Positions 39,801 to 52,339 of a DNA stretch of 64,000 nt are shown here, piece by piece; position 1 is the first letter of the stretch; the number at the start of each line of letters is the position of its first letter. A program made the position numbers and the translations under genes. The DNA is from Felis catus (taxonomy: Eukaryota), in the NCBI RefSeq assembly GCF_018350175.1, contig NC_058368.1:151840001-151904000 (forward strand), written 5' to 3'. Under the pieces are notes generated by a model that did not search any database, had not been told where the DNA came from, and saw only the letters and a program-made list of their open reading frames with translations.

Positions 39801-41285
39801 CACATGGGTGTCTCCCTGAAATAGTGAACATTCATAAAGAACAATTACTAAAAGGCTCTGTTTGCCACAATCTGGCTGTCTTGATCTGTTTCAAACAGTG
39901 AGTCATATTAGATAAATAAAAACAGAAGACATCTTTGCTCTCCTCACACAGGTAAAAACCAGCCTGTATGGAAAATGTTCATAAAACATTTTCACTCTGA
40001 GGACTTACAAGAATACAATCTTCCTCTCACTGCACGTATAAAGTACCATCTAATAAATCAGGTATACTAGCTCCAAAACCAGTTTGGGTTTTTGATTCTT
40101 TGATTACATAACTGGTAACGAGAGATTCAAATATTACATGTAAAGTAAAAAATAGAACACTGTATTTGAGAAACAATTTTTCTCTTATCCTTTAATATTA
40201 CTAAACAGAACTCAAACTGAGTTGCCATCACTTTAATTTCTATCTGTTATACACTTCTAATGGCCAAAATATAAATGAAATGAACTAGCAGCTTTTAAGT
40301 CCCTATTCAGAACTATTTTTAATTGAGATGGTGACTCCTTGCTGAGAATTCAAAACCATCTTCCTTTTTTAAAAGAAAAAAAAGTAATTTTCTCTCAAAG
40401 GGATATCTGCCTCTGAATGCTTTCATAATTCTGTGTAGATTTATTTTTTGCTATGGCGTACTCATATTTACTTAAAAAGCAATCAGTAAAAGCAAATTGT
40501 TTATTTTTATTTCCCTCAAAAATATATAAAGGGATTTAATTTCCAAGTATATACGTATTAATGATCAAAAATTTTTAATTCTACAAAGTAGACCAGAGTT
40601 TAAAATTACCCTTTTGCTTTACTAGGTAAGTAGACAAATCTTCAAAATTATTTTACTATCAACAGAGCATTCAACTCAACAATTGCTGGAGTACAAGAAG
40701 AATCATATAGCTGATGTATAAAATGTATAAAATATTACGCAATGTTCTTAACATGAGGAAAGTTACAAGAAATCAAATACTTGGGGGTGGATTCTGCATT
40801 CTTATTTTGCTTTTAAGGAAGAGATTATCCTTGGTTTCTGTCAAGAATAGCATTTATAAAACTTCTGTTCTTAAGGTTAGTTCTTATATTATTTCTGCCT
40901 TTCATTTCTACAGCTCCCCCTTTTTGAATCAACGTAACTAAAAAGACACTCAAAGTTTTCTAAAGTGTGGCAGCAACCCATTTCCACAACCTCAGTTATA
41001 TCTAGATTCAGGATCTAGCCTCACAGGAAGTAAATAAGAAGGTCTTGGGAAGAACGAAGAAAAACTCATAAAGATCATGAGTTTTGCTGAGGAAGCATGT
41101 CCAGCTCTCAAATAACAATCAAATGCCCTGGTATTTAATGTAGATTTAAGTGTATTCACTTAACAAATTGGTCCACCTGGTTCTCTTGGAAACCTTGATT
41201 TCTTACCAAATGATAGTGAATGCTTGATAAGAAATGTAAGAAGGATTAATATTTGACCTACTGTGAAATGACACTTTACAATGGG

Positions 41286-41288
<3 letters not shown>

Positions 41289-41316
<28 letters not shown>
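41289..41316. repeat. (AT)n microsatellite
   Basis: Directly visible. Confidence 0.95.
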
Positions 41317-41322
<6 letters not shown>

Positions 41323-42144
41323 GGCATCAAAATCACTATCTACCTATAGTCATTTACTTTAGAAGCAAACCTAACCTCAGTAGTCTTGGATCATTAATGT
41401 ATTGGAATTCATACAAAAACTATTGGACATAATTATGAGCCCAGATAATTAAGAAAGCATTAAATGTTACTTTTACAATCTACTTAAGGCAAAAAATAGT
41501 CATAACATTTTTGATGAGCATCTACAAAAAAGTAAATAATTTCAGATATTAGCCTTTAAATGGATATTTTAAGTATTAGGAATGTTCTTTTTTGGTTGAC
41601 AATATCAATTTTTCAACATACTAAATATGAAACAATTTTATCTTATAGACAGCTTAATGTAAATAAAAGAATGGTATAAACTAAACCCTGCAAATGTGAA
41701 GTCATGAACTAGGAAACTATCCTTCTCTTTTTATATTAAGAGTAGTTTATAATATCTTGACTATATCAGGTGATATGAGAATAAAAGAATATACGTGTTA
41801 CAACAAAGCAGCCAAGAATATTCAATGGGGAAAAGATGGTCTCTTTAATAAATGGTGCTGAGAAAAATGACAGCCTACTGCAAAAGACAACCTGGGCCAC
41901 TATCTTTCACCATACACAGAAAATAAGTCAAACCAAATCACAGACAGATATGTTGCTTGACATAGATCCTGGTGATGACTTTTTAAATATGATACCAAAA
42001 GCAAGAAAAGCAAATAAACGAGTGGGACTATAGGAAACTAAAAAGCTTCTGCATAGCAAAAAACAAAGCCTCACCCCCAAAAAACAAAACAAAACAAAAC
42101 AAAAAAAACAGAATGAAGCATCAACCTATGGAATGAAAGAAAAT

Positions 42145-42219
42145 GTTTGGTTTTTAAAAATTATTTATTTATTTTAGAAAAAGAGAAACAGTGAGGGAGA
42201 ATGGGAGTGGGGGAGGGGC

Positions 42220-42270
<51 letters not shown>

Positions 42271-42397
42271 AGCCCAAGCAGGTTCTGTGCTGACAGTACA
42301 GAGCCTGATGCAGAGCTTGGTCTCACAAACCATGAGATCAGGACCTGAACCGAAATCAAGAGTCAGATGCTTAACCGACTGAGTCATCCAGGCACCC
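42145..42397 (-). mobile_element. Can-SINE with (GACA)n expansion
   Basis: Body AGCAGGTTCTGTGCTGACAG..GAAATCAAGAGTCAGATGCTTAACCGACTGAG; TSD GAATG(A/G)AAGAAAAT. Confidence 0.95.
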
Positions 42398-42812
42398 TGT
42401 GAATGGAAGAAAATATCTGTAAATTATGTATCTGATAAGTGACTAATATCCAAAATATATACAGAACTCAAACAATGCAACAGCGGAAAACCATGTGATT
42501 ACAACATAGGCCAAAGACTCAAAGTAGTTACACAGATAGCCAAGAAGTACATGAAAAGATGCTCTACATCATTAATCATCAGAGAAATTCAAATAAAAAC
42601 CACAAGGAGACATGACCTCACATCTGTAAAACGGTTATTATCAAAAAGACTGGAAGTAAACCAGTGTTGGCAAGAATGAAGAGAAAAGCAAACTGTTAAG
42701 CCCTGTTGGTGGGAATATAAATTTTAACAGCCACTATGGAAGAGGACATGGAGGTTCATCAAAAAATTAAAAATAAAACTGTAATATAATCCAGCAGGTC
42801 TTTTTCTGGGTA

Positions 42813-42833
42813 ATTTTTTTTTAATGTTTATTT

Positions 42834-42880
<47 letters not shown>

Positions 42881-43045
42881 TGCAAGTGGGAGAGGGTCAG
42901 AGAGAGAGGGAGACAGTATCCAAAGCAGGCTCCAGGCTCTGAGCTGTCAGCACAGAGCCCGACATGGGGCTCAAACTCACGAACCACGAGATCATGACCT
43001 GAGCTGAAGTCAGACGCTTAACCAATTGAGTCACCCAGGCGCCCC
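42813..43045 (-). mobile_element. Can-SINE (SINEC_Fc2-like) with (GA)n expansion
   Basis: Near-consensus body; TSD TCT(TT/AC)TTCTGGGTA. Confidence 0.96.
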
Positions 43046-43175
43046 TCTACTTCTGGGTATTTATTCAAGAAAATGAAAACATTAATTTGAAAAGACATAT
43101 GCATGCCCACGTTCACTGCAGCATTATTTACAACAGCCAAGATATGGAAACAACCTAAGTGTCCATCAATGAATG

Positions 43176-43177
<2 letters not shown>

Positions 43178-43220
<43 letters not shown>
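43178..43220 (+). repeat. (CA)n microsatellite within L1
   Basis: Directly visible. Confidence 0.97.
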
Positions 43221-43223
<3 letters not shown>

Positions 43224-43653
43224 AAAATACTATTTAGCCACAAAAAAAGAATGAAATCTTGCCACTTGCGAAAACATGGATGGACCTTGTGGGTATTATG
43301 CAAAGCTAATTAATAATATATATGTACTATAAGTATAAAATATACAATATATACTGTAATATAGTATAGTATATAATATACAACATAGTAAATATGTAAT
43401 AATATAATAATATAGTAATATAGTGTACATATATGTATATGTATTAAATAAGCTCATAAAGAGAACAGATGGGTGGTTGCCAGAGGTATGGGGTGTGGAG
43501 TGGGAGAAATGGGTGAATTTTTTTTTAGTTTAAATAAGTTGAATTTAAAAAATGAAAAAAATATACATATATAAAGAACAAAGACATGTATATATGGTGA
43601 AGTTAACCAAAAGATAGACTTGATTCCTTTTTGTATTAAATTAAATCAGTATG

Positions 43654-43785
43654 CAGGTTCTGTGCTGACAGCTCAGAGCCTGGAGGTTGCTTCATATTCT
43701 GTGTCTCCCTGTTTCTCTTGGCCCCTCTCCTACTTGTGCTCAGTCTTTCTCTCAAAAATAAACATTAAAAAAAATTTTTTTAAAA
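43654..43785 (+). mobile_element. 5'-truncated Can-SINE
   Basis: Starts at CAGGTTCTGTGCTGACAGCTCAGAGCC, ends in an A/T tail. Confidence 0.92.
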
Positions 43786-44002
43786 GGGGATGCCTGGGTA
43801 GCTCTGTCAGTTAAGTATCCGGTTTCGGCTCAGGTCAGGTCATGATCTCGTGGTTTGTGAGTTTGAGCCCCTCTTCAGGCTCCGTGCTGACAGTGCAGTG
43901 CCTGGAGCCTGCTTCATATTCTGAGTCTCCCTCTCTCTCTCGGTCCCTCCCTCACTTGTCCTTGTCTCACTCTCTCAAGAATAAATATTTAAAAAAATTT
44001 AT
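43786..44002 (+). mobile_element. Full-length Can-SINE in tandem with the previous one
   Basis: GGGGATGCCTGGGTAGCTC head through AATAAA/A tail. Confidence 0.95.
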
Positions 44003-44456
44003 AATTAAATCAGTATGTAAAAGTGTGGCCCGATGTAATGTTGTCTTCTATTACAGTAAGTACTTTTTGCTCTTATGAGAATAAAACATCTGCCCAAGCC
44101 TTTTTTTTTTTTAATGACACTAGCTCCTGTTCACAAATATGGTATACTTTTTGTATATTTGCTCCAAACTCTTTCATGTTTCCACTCAGTTGTCAGGATT
44201 TTTCAACACTTTAATTCTACTAATCCTATACTGTTTGTATTTCTGTCATCTCTGGTCCCTTCATGAATTGTCTAGCCCAAGGCAAGAGGAAATCTTTGGT
44301 TATAAATGGGAAATAGCATCTGAACACGCTTAGAAGACTGGTACTATATCAGACTCTTAAGGGAAAAACTTTCCTTCTTGACCAAAACAACTAAAATAGA
44401 TTGATGCAGAGGCAGAGACAACAAATGGTTGACTCCAAACGTAGATAATATTCTAA

Positions 44457-44661
44457 AGCACCATCATCCAATAGAACTTTCTGCTGTGATAAAAGTTCTA
44501 TCACGAACGACTGTAATGTAGTTGCTAGCCACATATGGCTGTTGAATATTTGAAATGTGACTACTCAGACTGAAAAACTGAATTTGAATTGTTGTTTATT
44601 TTTAATTAATATAAACTTAAATACTTTCGTGTGGCCACTGGCTATCATTTTGGACTGTGCT
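44457..44661 (+). mobile_element. hAT-Charlie MITE (MER3-like)
   Basis: TCCAATAGAACTTTCTGC..CTAGCCACATATGGCT..TTGAAATGTGACTA..GGCTATCATTTTGGAC. Confidence 0.8.
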
Positions 44662-45169
44662 GTTCTATAATATTAACCAAGATACCATGGTTAATTTGGT
44701 TTGATCCCAAAGCCTGGAATGTTCATTACAAGAAATCTCATAGAATTGAGAAAGAAGCGTACATATGTATGTAAAAATACATAGATTTTTTATACTCTAC
44801 ATTTCCCAAGAGATTACTGGTTATTTATAATGTTCCTTAGCTAGATTTATATAAATATAGTTCTATAAATTATGAATTTCTAAATATCCCACATAAGATT
44901 TTATCTTTTCCACATTTACTATGTAACTCAGGTTTAAAAATTTATTCTACCTAGAGTATAATATACTCACTTATTTTTAAATTTTTGTTACAGAAAACTT
45001 CAAATTTACTTTTTAAAGAATACTCTAGTAAACCACTTTATACTCCTGTATATTGATACTTATACCCATTTCTCTCCAAGTCCATATTATTTTGAAGCAC
45101 ATCATAGCTGACTTAAGAGTCCAAGCTCTTAACTGCTACACTATGCTATAGTGAGAAACAGAATTATTA

Positions 45170-45379
45170 TTTTTATTTTTTTAGTGTTTATTTTTGAGAG
45201 AGAGAGAGACAGGGCACGACCACTGGGGTCAGGGAGAGTGTGAGACACATAATCGGAAGCAGGCTGCAGGCTCTGAGCTGTCAGCACAGAGTGTGACGCG
45301 GGGCTCGAGCTCCCAAAACACAAGATCATGACCTGAGCCAAAGTGTGATGCTCAACTGACCGAGCCACCCAGGCACTCC
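45170..45379 (-). mobile_element. Can-SINE
   Basis: GAAGCAGGCTGCAGGCTCTGAGCTGTCAGCACAGAG; TSD AGAAA(CA/TG)GAATTATTA. Confidence 0.95.
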
Positions 45380-46539
45380 AAGAAATGGAATTATTAAATA
45401 TGTCTAAGGAGAGAAGACACAAAAGTGAATTGTTTTTTAAGAAAATTATTAATCTGTCAAGAATAATGAAAATTCAATTGAAGAAATAAAAATTCAAAGA
45501 GTAACAAGAAGATACCTCACCTCATGTCAAGAAATATCCACAGCCTGAAACATGAGGAAACAGATGAGAGTTGTAGCTCTATGCTAAGTGATGAGTGAAT
45601 GAACTCACCCATGGAAAAGACACATATACACTACTGACAACCAATGTGACCCAACATCCCAAAGATGGAAGAAATTTAGAAGGTAAAAAATAATAGTAAC
45701 AAAAACAATAAAATTTGAAAGACTCTTTTTACAGTTCTCCTTCCATTCCTCTACTTCACTAAGTCAAAAAGTATAGCCTCCTCAGAACCAAAGCATTCTC
45801 TGAATAGAATGTCTGAAGCTCTCTGAAGCATGGATAGTGATTTTTCTCACACAGAATGTCTGACGGATGTGGATGCATACCTTTTTAAATCAGTGTCTGG
45901 CACAAAGATCTGTCAAGGTCTTTGACACCTTGCAGTATTCAGCACTATTTCTCAATGTCCTCAACGATCTTTATTTCCCAAGGTTCACTTTACAAAGTTT
46001 TTTTTTTTTTGGCAGCTGATTCTTATTTTTATTTCACGAATGATTCTCAGTTTTCAATTTCCAAACATCTTTCCTCTTCTATCAGTAAGCTTAATTAACA
46101 TGACTGTCTCAACTGAAAGAATGAAAATATATGCATTTATGTCAATAGAAGTGAAGAGTTACTGTATAAATTATGATTACTAAAGATAAACTTCTAGACT
46201 ACTCTTTGTATTTAGTAATTGTGCCTAGACATTATAAAGTCTTCAATTTTTGGAGAAGTGCTACCTGACAATACCTAAACAGCAAAACTTGTAATGGTTG
46301 TCAAGATGACAGAACCATGTGTTGAGAACATCTCATCTCCTCTTAAATATAATTGACTGAAAGGGAATATACAGGAAAAATAAAACATAACCTTAAACTA
46401 TGATTTATTCTTGCAATAGAATACTAGTCAGCATTTTTAATTAATTAACTGGAGAAGGAACTATACTAGACAGTCAGGACATATGTCAATATACATAATG
46501 TTGAGTAAAGCCAAGCAAAGTACCAAATTACATAGTATT

Positions 46540-47148
46540 TTTTTCAATATATGAAGTTTATTGTCAAATTGGTTTCCATACAACACCCAGTGCTCATCCC
46601 AAAAGGTGCCCTCCTCAATACCCATCACCCACCCTCCCCTCCCTCCCACCCCCCATCAACCCTCAGTTTGTTCTCAGTTTTTAAGAGTCTCTCATGATTT
46701 GACTCTCTTCCACTCTAGCCGCTCTGGAAAACAGTGTGGAGGTTCCTCAAAAAATTAAAAATAGACCTACCCTATGACCCAGCAGTAGCACTGTTAGGAA
46801 TTTACCCAAGGGATACAGGAGTACCGACGCATAGGGGCACTTGTACCCCAATGTTTATAGCAGCACTCTCAACAATAGCCAAATTGTGGAAAGAGCCTAA
46901 ATGTCCATCAACTGATGAATGGATAAAGAAATTGTGGTTTATATACACAATGGAGTACTACATGGCAATGAGAAAGAATGAAATATGGCCCTTTGTAGCA
47001 ACATGGATGGAACTGGAGAGTGTGATGCTAAGTGAAATAAGCCATACAGAGAAAGACAGATACCATATGATTTCACTCTTATGTGGATCCTGAGAAACTT
47101 AACAGAAACCCATGGGGGAGGGGAAGGAAAAAAAAAGAAAAAAAAAAA
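46540..47148 (-). mobile_element. Young feline L1 (L1_Fc-like), 5'-truncated with 5' inversion
   Basis: 46540-46717 is the L1 3' terminus on the minus strand (T tract first). 46717-47148 is the ORF2 C-terminus (WRFLKKLKIDLPYDPA.., ORF 46734-47093) plus the start of the 3' UTR on +. Perfect 16-bp TSD CAAATTACATAGTATT at 46524-46539 and 47149-47164. Confidence 0.93.
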
Positions 47149-47379
47149 CAAATTACATAGTATTAATAGTGTCATATGTATAAATATTAACATATCCAGA
47201 ATATACATATGTATATTTTTATATAAATGAGGTACATAATTATATAAATATCATATAAATATTTGCATACATATAAAATATTATTGAAATATATTATCTA
47301 TATACAAATCATAATATATTTTTATATTATATATATATAAATTTACAATGCATAAGATTCAGAATTGGAGATTTTTTTT

Positions 47380-48270
47380 GCAAATCATGTATTAAGTAAC
47401 TCCTCTCCAGGATACATAAAGAACATTCATAACTCATCAATCAATAAGTAAACAACCCAATTTTAAAGTGTATAATAATAGATCTGATAGGTATTTCTCC
47501 AAAGATGATATGTATGTGGGGACTAAACACATGAAAGGATGCTCAACATTATTAGTCATTCGAGAAATGCAAATTAAAACTACATGAAGTAATACTTCAC
47601 ACTCACTAGGATGAGGAGAAATTGGAACCCTCAAACATTCTTGGTAGAAATAAAAAGTGGTACAGTCATTTGGACAACAGGTAATTCCTCAAAATAGTAA
47701 AGAATGAGTTCTAATATGATAAGCACAATTGCATTTCTAGGAATATACACAAGAGATAAATAAAACATATTAAACAAAAACATGCATATGTATGTTTATA
47801 AAATTTTTCTTAACTTCCAAAAAAGTGGGATATGACCCAAATGTCCACAAAGTGATAAAAGGCAAAATAAAAAATGGTTTATCCATACAGTGCAGTTATT
47901 ATTTGGAGGTAAAAAGAAACAAAGTACTACAACATGGATGAACATTTGAAAGTATTATACTAAATAAATGCAGCCAGTCACAAAAGACCATGAGATATAT
48001 GATTTCACTTCTATAAAATGTCCAGAATAGGCAAATCTATGGAGACAGAAAATACATCATTTGTTGCCAAGGGCTGGTGATACTGCAGAGGAATGGAGAG
48101 TGGCCCCTACTGGATCCAGGTGTCTTTTTAGTGACCCAAACATGTTTTAAATTTTTTGTAATAATGGTTACAATGGTTGTATATCCTCTGAGTAGACTAC
48201 AAAGCATTGAATGTACACTTTTAATAGATGGATCATAGGGCAGGGAAATCATATATCCAAACAACTGTTT
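47380..48270 (+). mobile_element. Old L1 (L1MB/ME-like) 3' region
   Basis: CATGAAAGGATGCTCAACATTATTAGTCATTCGAGAAATGCAAATTAAAAC; AAATGTCCAGAATAGGCAAATCTATGGAGACAGAAA. Confidence 0.85.
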
Positions 48271-48280
48271 AAATAAATAA

Positions 48281-48400
48281 ATTATATATATATATATATA
48301 TAATGTAAATATATATAATATATATAATACATATAATATAAATTTATATAAATAAATGTATATAATATAAACATATATAAATATATATTTATATATATTT
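48281..48400. repeat. AT-rich degenerate (TA)n tract
   Basis: Directly visible; similar tracts at 47165-47345 and 43310-43445. Confidence 0.9.
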
Positions 48401-48599
48401 TGGAGTAATACCTGATTAAAGAAAAAGTAGAAAGGGATGCAGGTGCTTTTGATACTTGTGCTACTTTTTTAAACACACAATGTTAAGATTTCTTAAATGT
48501 AATTTTAGACATGCTGTATCTGTTAATGTTTTTGTTCTTTTTAAAAAAGTTTTAAATAGTTCACACTGAAATTAAATATTTAAAACATACTTAAAACCA

Positions 48600-48790
48600 A
48601 GGGTAGGAGTTTTCACATAAATATCACTTATTCTTCATAATTCTCTAAGATATACCTATTTTGCATACAGTGAAACTGAGACTTGGGAGCTCAGTTGAGC
48701 ATAGTTACACAGTTAGTAAATAGTAATACCAAGACTTGAACCCAGAGCCATCAGTTACACAACATCTCACACTGCACCATACTTCTTAGC
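48600..48790 (-). mobile_element. MIR
   Basis: CCTATTTTGCATACAGTGAAACTGAGAC..GTTACACAGTTAGTAAATAG..GACTTGAACCCAG. Confidence 0.7.
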
Positions 48791-49279
48791 CATCTATCTA
48801 ATAAAGCAATTTTATAAAGAAATGTTAAAGGACAATTTGGTAACATTTCCACTAATATTTAGTTTTGAAAGTATTTAATGTCGCTCAAATAATTTATACT
48901 CTAGTCTTGCCAGACAGTTCATCTTCAACCTTCAAAATCGTCTGGCATCAAAACATCTCTAGATGTTTAGCCTGGCAGGGTCTTAATTACCTCTTTAACT
49001 TTCTCAGAGGTAGTAGTTAGATCTCCCACTTCTCCTATTTAACTTCTGATGGTCTGTCAACATCAGCTTCCATCTTAATGCTGAAATGCTCCAGCACACA
49101 ACTCAGCATTTTTCCTGAGTGACCATGGTTTCCTAAAGCCAACATCCTTCCAGAGCATAACGCAGACAACTAGCCTTTCCTTCAGCTGAGTTTCTAACCC
49201 AATAGTTGCCAACTTCAACTCATATTACAATTATCTAAAGAATTTTAAATATATTAGTTTCCCAGACAAACTTTTGCAC

Positions 49280-50355
49280 TATCTTAAAATTTTTATATTA
49301 TTTTTCAGTTTCTTTATATTTGTAGTTTTCTCCTCCAACCCATTATTTCCTTAGACTGATCTCTTAAACACCCAGGCCACTTCACCTATTGAGTGTTCCA
49401 TAGTTTAGATCTTGCATGCTCCTGGTATAGTTACGCATGTGCCTCTGTTCTCTGTGTTTCCTGTAAACCAGAAGTTGGCTATAGAAGCTTGGTTGGACTC
49501 TTTTGGTCTTTTGTCACGTCTGTGAGGAGTGTTGCATCCTTAGACCAGCAGGAATATGATGTTACCATCCATCGATACTAATGCACAGATATATAATTCA
49601 CTGAAGTTTGAAAAATGGTGACAGATGAATTCTATCATTTTCTGACCTATGAATTGGAACATATCTTATAAAGAAATACTTCTCCTTACCTACCACTTGG
49701 AAAAATACATGTTTGATTCTTTATCTCTATTTACTTATTTTTAAGGTAATGGTTCTCTTCTTTTAAAGTAACCCATTACTCATTTTAAAAACTAATTCAT
49801 AAATTTAAACAAATATTATGAGCTTCAATCTATTGCCATTAATATTTTTACAGAGTTAATTGTTCGATTTTTGGCCAGTGGAAGCCTCTTACTGTGGTTA
49901 GCTCTTGTGCTTCTTTGCTATGGCGAGTAGTCTTAGATACGTTCATTCTTTCTAGTATGAAAGGAGATCCAAATTAATCTTGCACATTTCCTACCAGAAA
50001 CATGGAATCATCTTTTTTTTTGACACATCTTGATTTCTCTTAGTAGAAAATAATATTACCAGATCACAATGTAAGGATGAGAGATGCTACTGAGTTTATT
50101 ATTACATCTGGGCCTCTTTAGTAGTAAAGAGATACGGTAGCAAGAGATATTTAAGTGTTTAAGTAGATATTGTACAGATACATTAGTACCGAGAGGTATA
50201 AGTAATTTATTATTTAAAATATAATATTTAGTAGCAAAAAGATGTAAGTAGCTTATTATTTAAAATATAATATTTCATAAGTTTATAATTATCCTTTTCA
50301 TTCAAAAATAGAATGGAGATTTAAACTCCTGTATATTACTATATTTGCTTTCAAA
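49280..50355 (-). mobile_element. Old L1 (L1MC4/5-like) 3' region
   Basis: TTTCCTGTAAACCAGAAGTT; TTTTGGCCAGTGGAAGCCTCTT; TCTTGCACATTTCCTACCAG..TGGAATCA resemble the reverse L1MC 3' consensus. Confidence 0.65.
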
Positions 50356-50359
50356 CACA

Positions 50360-51503
50360 AAATATGATAGAATTTGTGTGGAACCAGAAAAGACCCCAAA
50401 TAGCCAAAGCAATCTTGAAAAAGAAAACCAAAGCTGGAAGCATCACAATCCCAGACTTGAAGCTGTATTACAAAGCTGTAATCATTAGGACAGTAGGGTA
50501 CTGGCACAAAAACAGGCACTCAGATCAATGGAACAGAACAGGGAACCCAGAAATAGACCCACAAAAATATGGCCAACTAATCTTTGAAAAAGCAGGAAAG
50601 AATATCCAATGGAATAGAAACAGTCTCTTCACCAAGTGGTGCTGGGAAAACTGGACAGTGGCATGCAGAAAAATGAACTGGCCACTTTATTACACCCTAC
50701 ACAAAAATAAACTCAAAATGGATGAAAGACCTACACGGAAGAGAGGAAGCCATCAAAATCCTCAAGGAGAAAGCAAGCAAAAACCTCTTTGATCTTGGCC
50801 ACAGCAACATCTTACTCAACACATCTCCAGAGATAAGAGAAACAAAAGCAAAAATGAACTATTAGGACCTCATCAAAATAAAAAGCTTCACAGTGAAGGA
50901 AACAATCAGCAAAACTAAAAGGCAACCGACAGAATGGGAGAAGATATTTGCAAACAATATATCAGACAAAGGGTTAGTATCTAAAGTCTATAAATAACTT
51001 ATCAAATTTAGCACCCAAAAAACAAAAAATCCAGTGAAGAAATGGGCAAAAGACATGAAGAGGCACTTCCCCAAAGAAGACATTCAGATGGCCAACCAAC
51101 ACATGAAAAAATGCTCAACATCACTCATCATCCAGGAAATACAAATCAAAACCACAATGAGATACCACCTCACACCTGTCAGAATGGCTAACATTAACAA
51201 CTCAGGCAACAACAGATGTTGGTGAGGATGTGGAGAAAGAGGATCTCTTTGGCACTGCTGGGGGGAAAACAAACTGGTTCAGCCACTCTGGAAAACAGTA
51301 TGGAGGTTCCTCAAAAAACTAAAAATAGAACTATCCTACTACCCAGCAATTGCACTACTAGGCATTTATCCATGAGATACAGGTGTGCTGTTTCAATGGA
51401 ACAGATGCACCCCCATGTTTATAGCAGCACTATCAACAATAGCCAAAGTATGGAAAGAGCCTAAATGTCCATCGATGGATGAATGGATAAAGAAGATGTG
51501 GTG

Positions 51504-51558
<55 letters not shown>

Positions 51559-51922
51559 AGTATTACTCAGCAATCAAAAAGAATGAAATCTTACCATTTG
51601 CAACTACATGGATGCAACTGGAGGGTATCATGCTAAGCAAAATTAGAGAAAGACAAATCATATGACTTCACTCATATGAGGAATTTAAGATACAAAACAG
51701 ATGATCATAATGGAAAGGAAGCAAAAATAATATAAAAAAAAGGGAGTGGGACAAAATATAAGAGACTCTCAAATATACAGAATGAACAGAGGGTTGCTGG
51801 ATGGGTTTTGGGAGGGGGGAGGGTCTAATTGGATAAGGGGCATTAAGAAATCTACTCTTGAAATTATTGTTGCACTATATGCTAAATAACTTGGAATTAA
51901 ATTTAAAAATAAATTTAAAAAA
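50360..51922 (+). mobile_element. Carnivore/feline L1, 5'-truncated, with degenerate ORF2 3' portion and 3' UTR
   Basis: ORFs [35 protein letters not shown] and [32 protein letters not shown] are L1 ORF2 with frameshifts and stops; internal (CA)n at 51507-51552; A tail. Confidence 0.97.
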
Positions 51923-51924
51923 AC

Positions 51925-52300
51925 ACCATACAATGGAATATTATTCACACATAAAAAGGAATGAAATACTGATATATGCTGCAATATGGATGAATCTTGA
52001 AAACATTATTCTGTATGAAAGAAGTTAGACACAAAGGCCTCATCTTGTATGATTCCACTTATGCCAAATATCTAGAATAGGCAGATCTACAGAGACAAAA
52101 GTATGTATGTGGTTGCAGTGGGAGAAGGGCATGGAAGAGTTACTATCTAATGAACAGGGCGTTCTCATTTGAGGTGATAAAAATGTTCTAGAACTAGATA
52201 GTGGTGATAGTTGCACAACATTGTGAATGTAACTAATGTCACTGTCTTACTTTAAAATGTTTAAAATGGTCACTTTCATAGTTTATGTATATTACCACAC
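51925..52300 (+). mobile_element. L1MB-like 3' UTR fragment
   Basis: CCATACAATGGAATATTATTC..AAAATGTTCTAGAACTAGATAGTGGTGATAGTTGCACAACATTGTGAATGTA. Confidence 0.85.
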
Positions 52301-52339
52301 ACACATATACATACACACACACAAAGTATACAACTTTCA

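Larger units (their letters stand above)
41800..43560 (+). mobile_element. L1 (L1MA/L1_Carn-like) ORF2 end and 3' UTR with two SINE insertions
   Basis: CAAGAATATTCAATGGGGAAAAG..AATAAATGGTGCTG; GGAAACAACCTAAGTGTCCATCAA; ACAGATGGGTGGTTGCCAGAGG and A tail. Confidence 0.92.

Noticed and set aside
13960..39905. Several AP-1 motifs TGAGTCA/TGACTCA (e.g. 33523, 37591, 39899)
   Set aside because: A 7-mer on two strands is expected about 8 times in 64 kb by chance; no tight clustering.
46734..47093. 119-aa ORF as a gene
   Set aside because: It is the C-terminus of L1 ORF2 inside a truncated insertion.
50364..51665. 142-aa and neighbouring ORFs as genes
   Set aside because: Frameshifted L1 ORF2 fragments.
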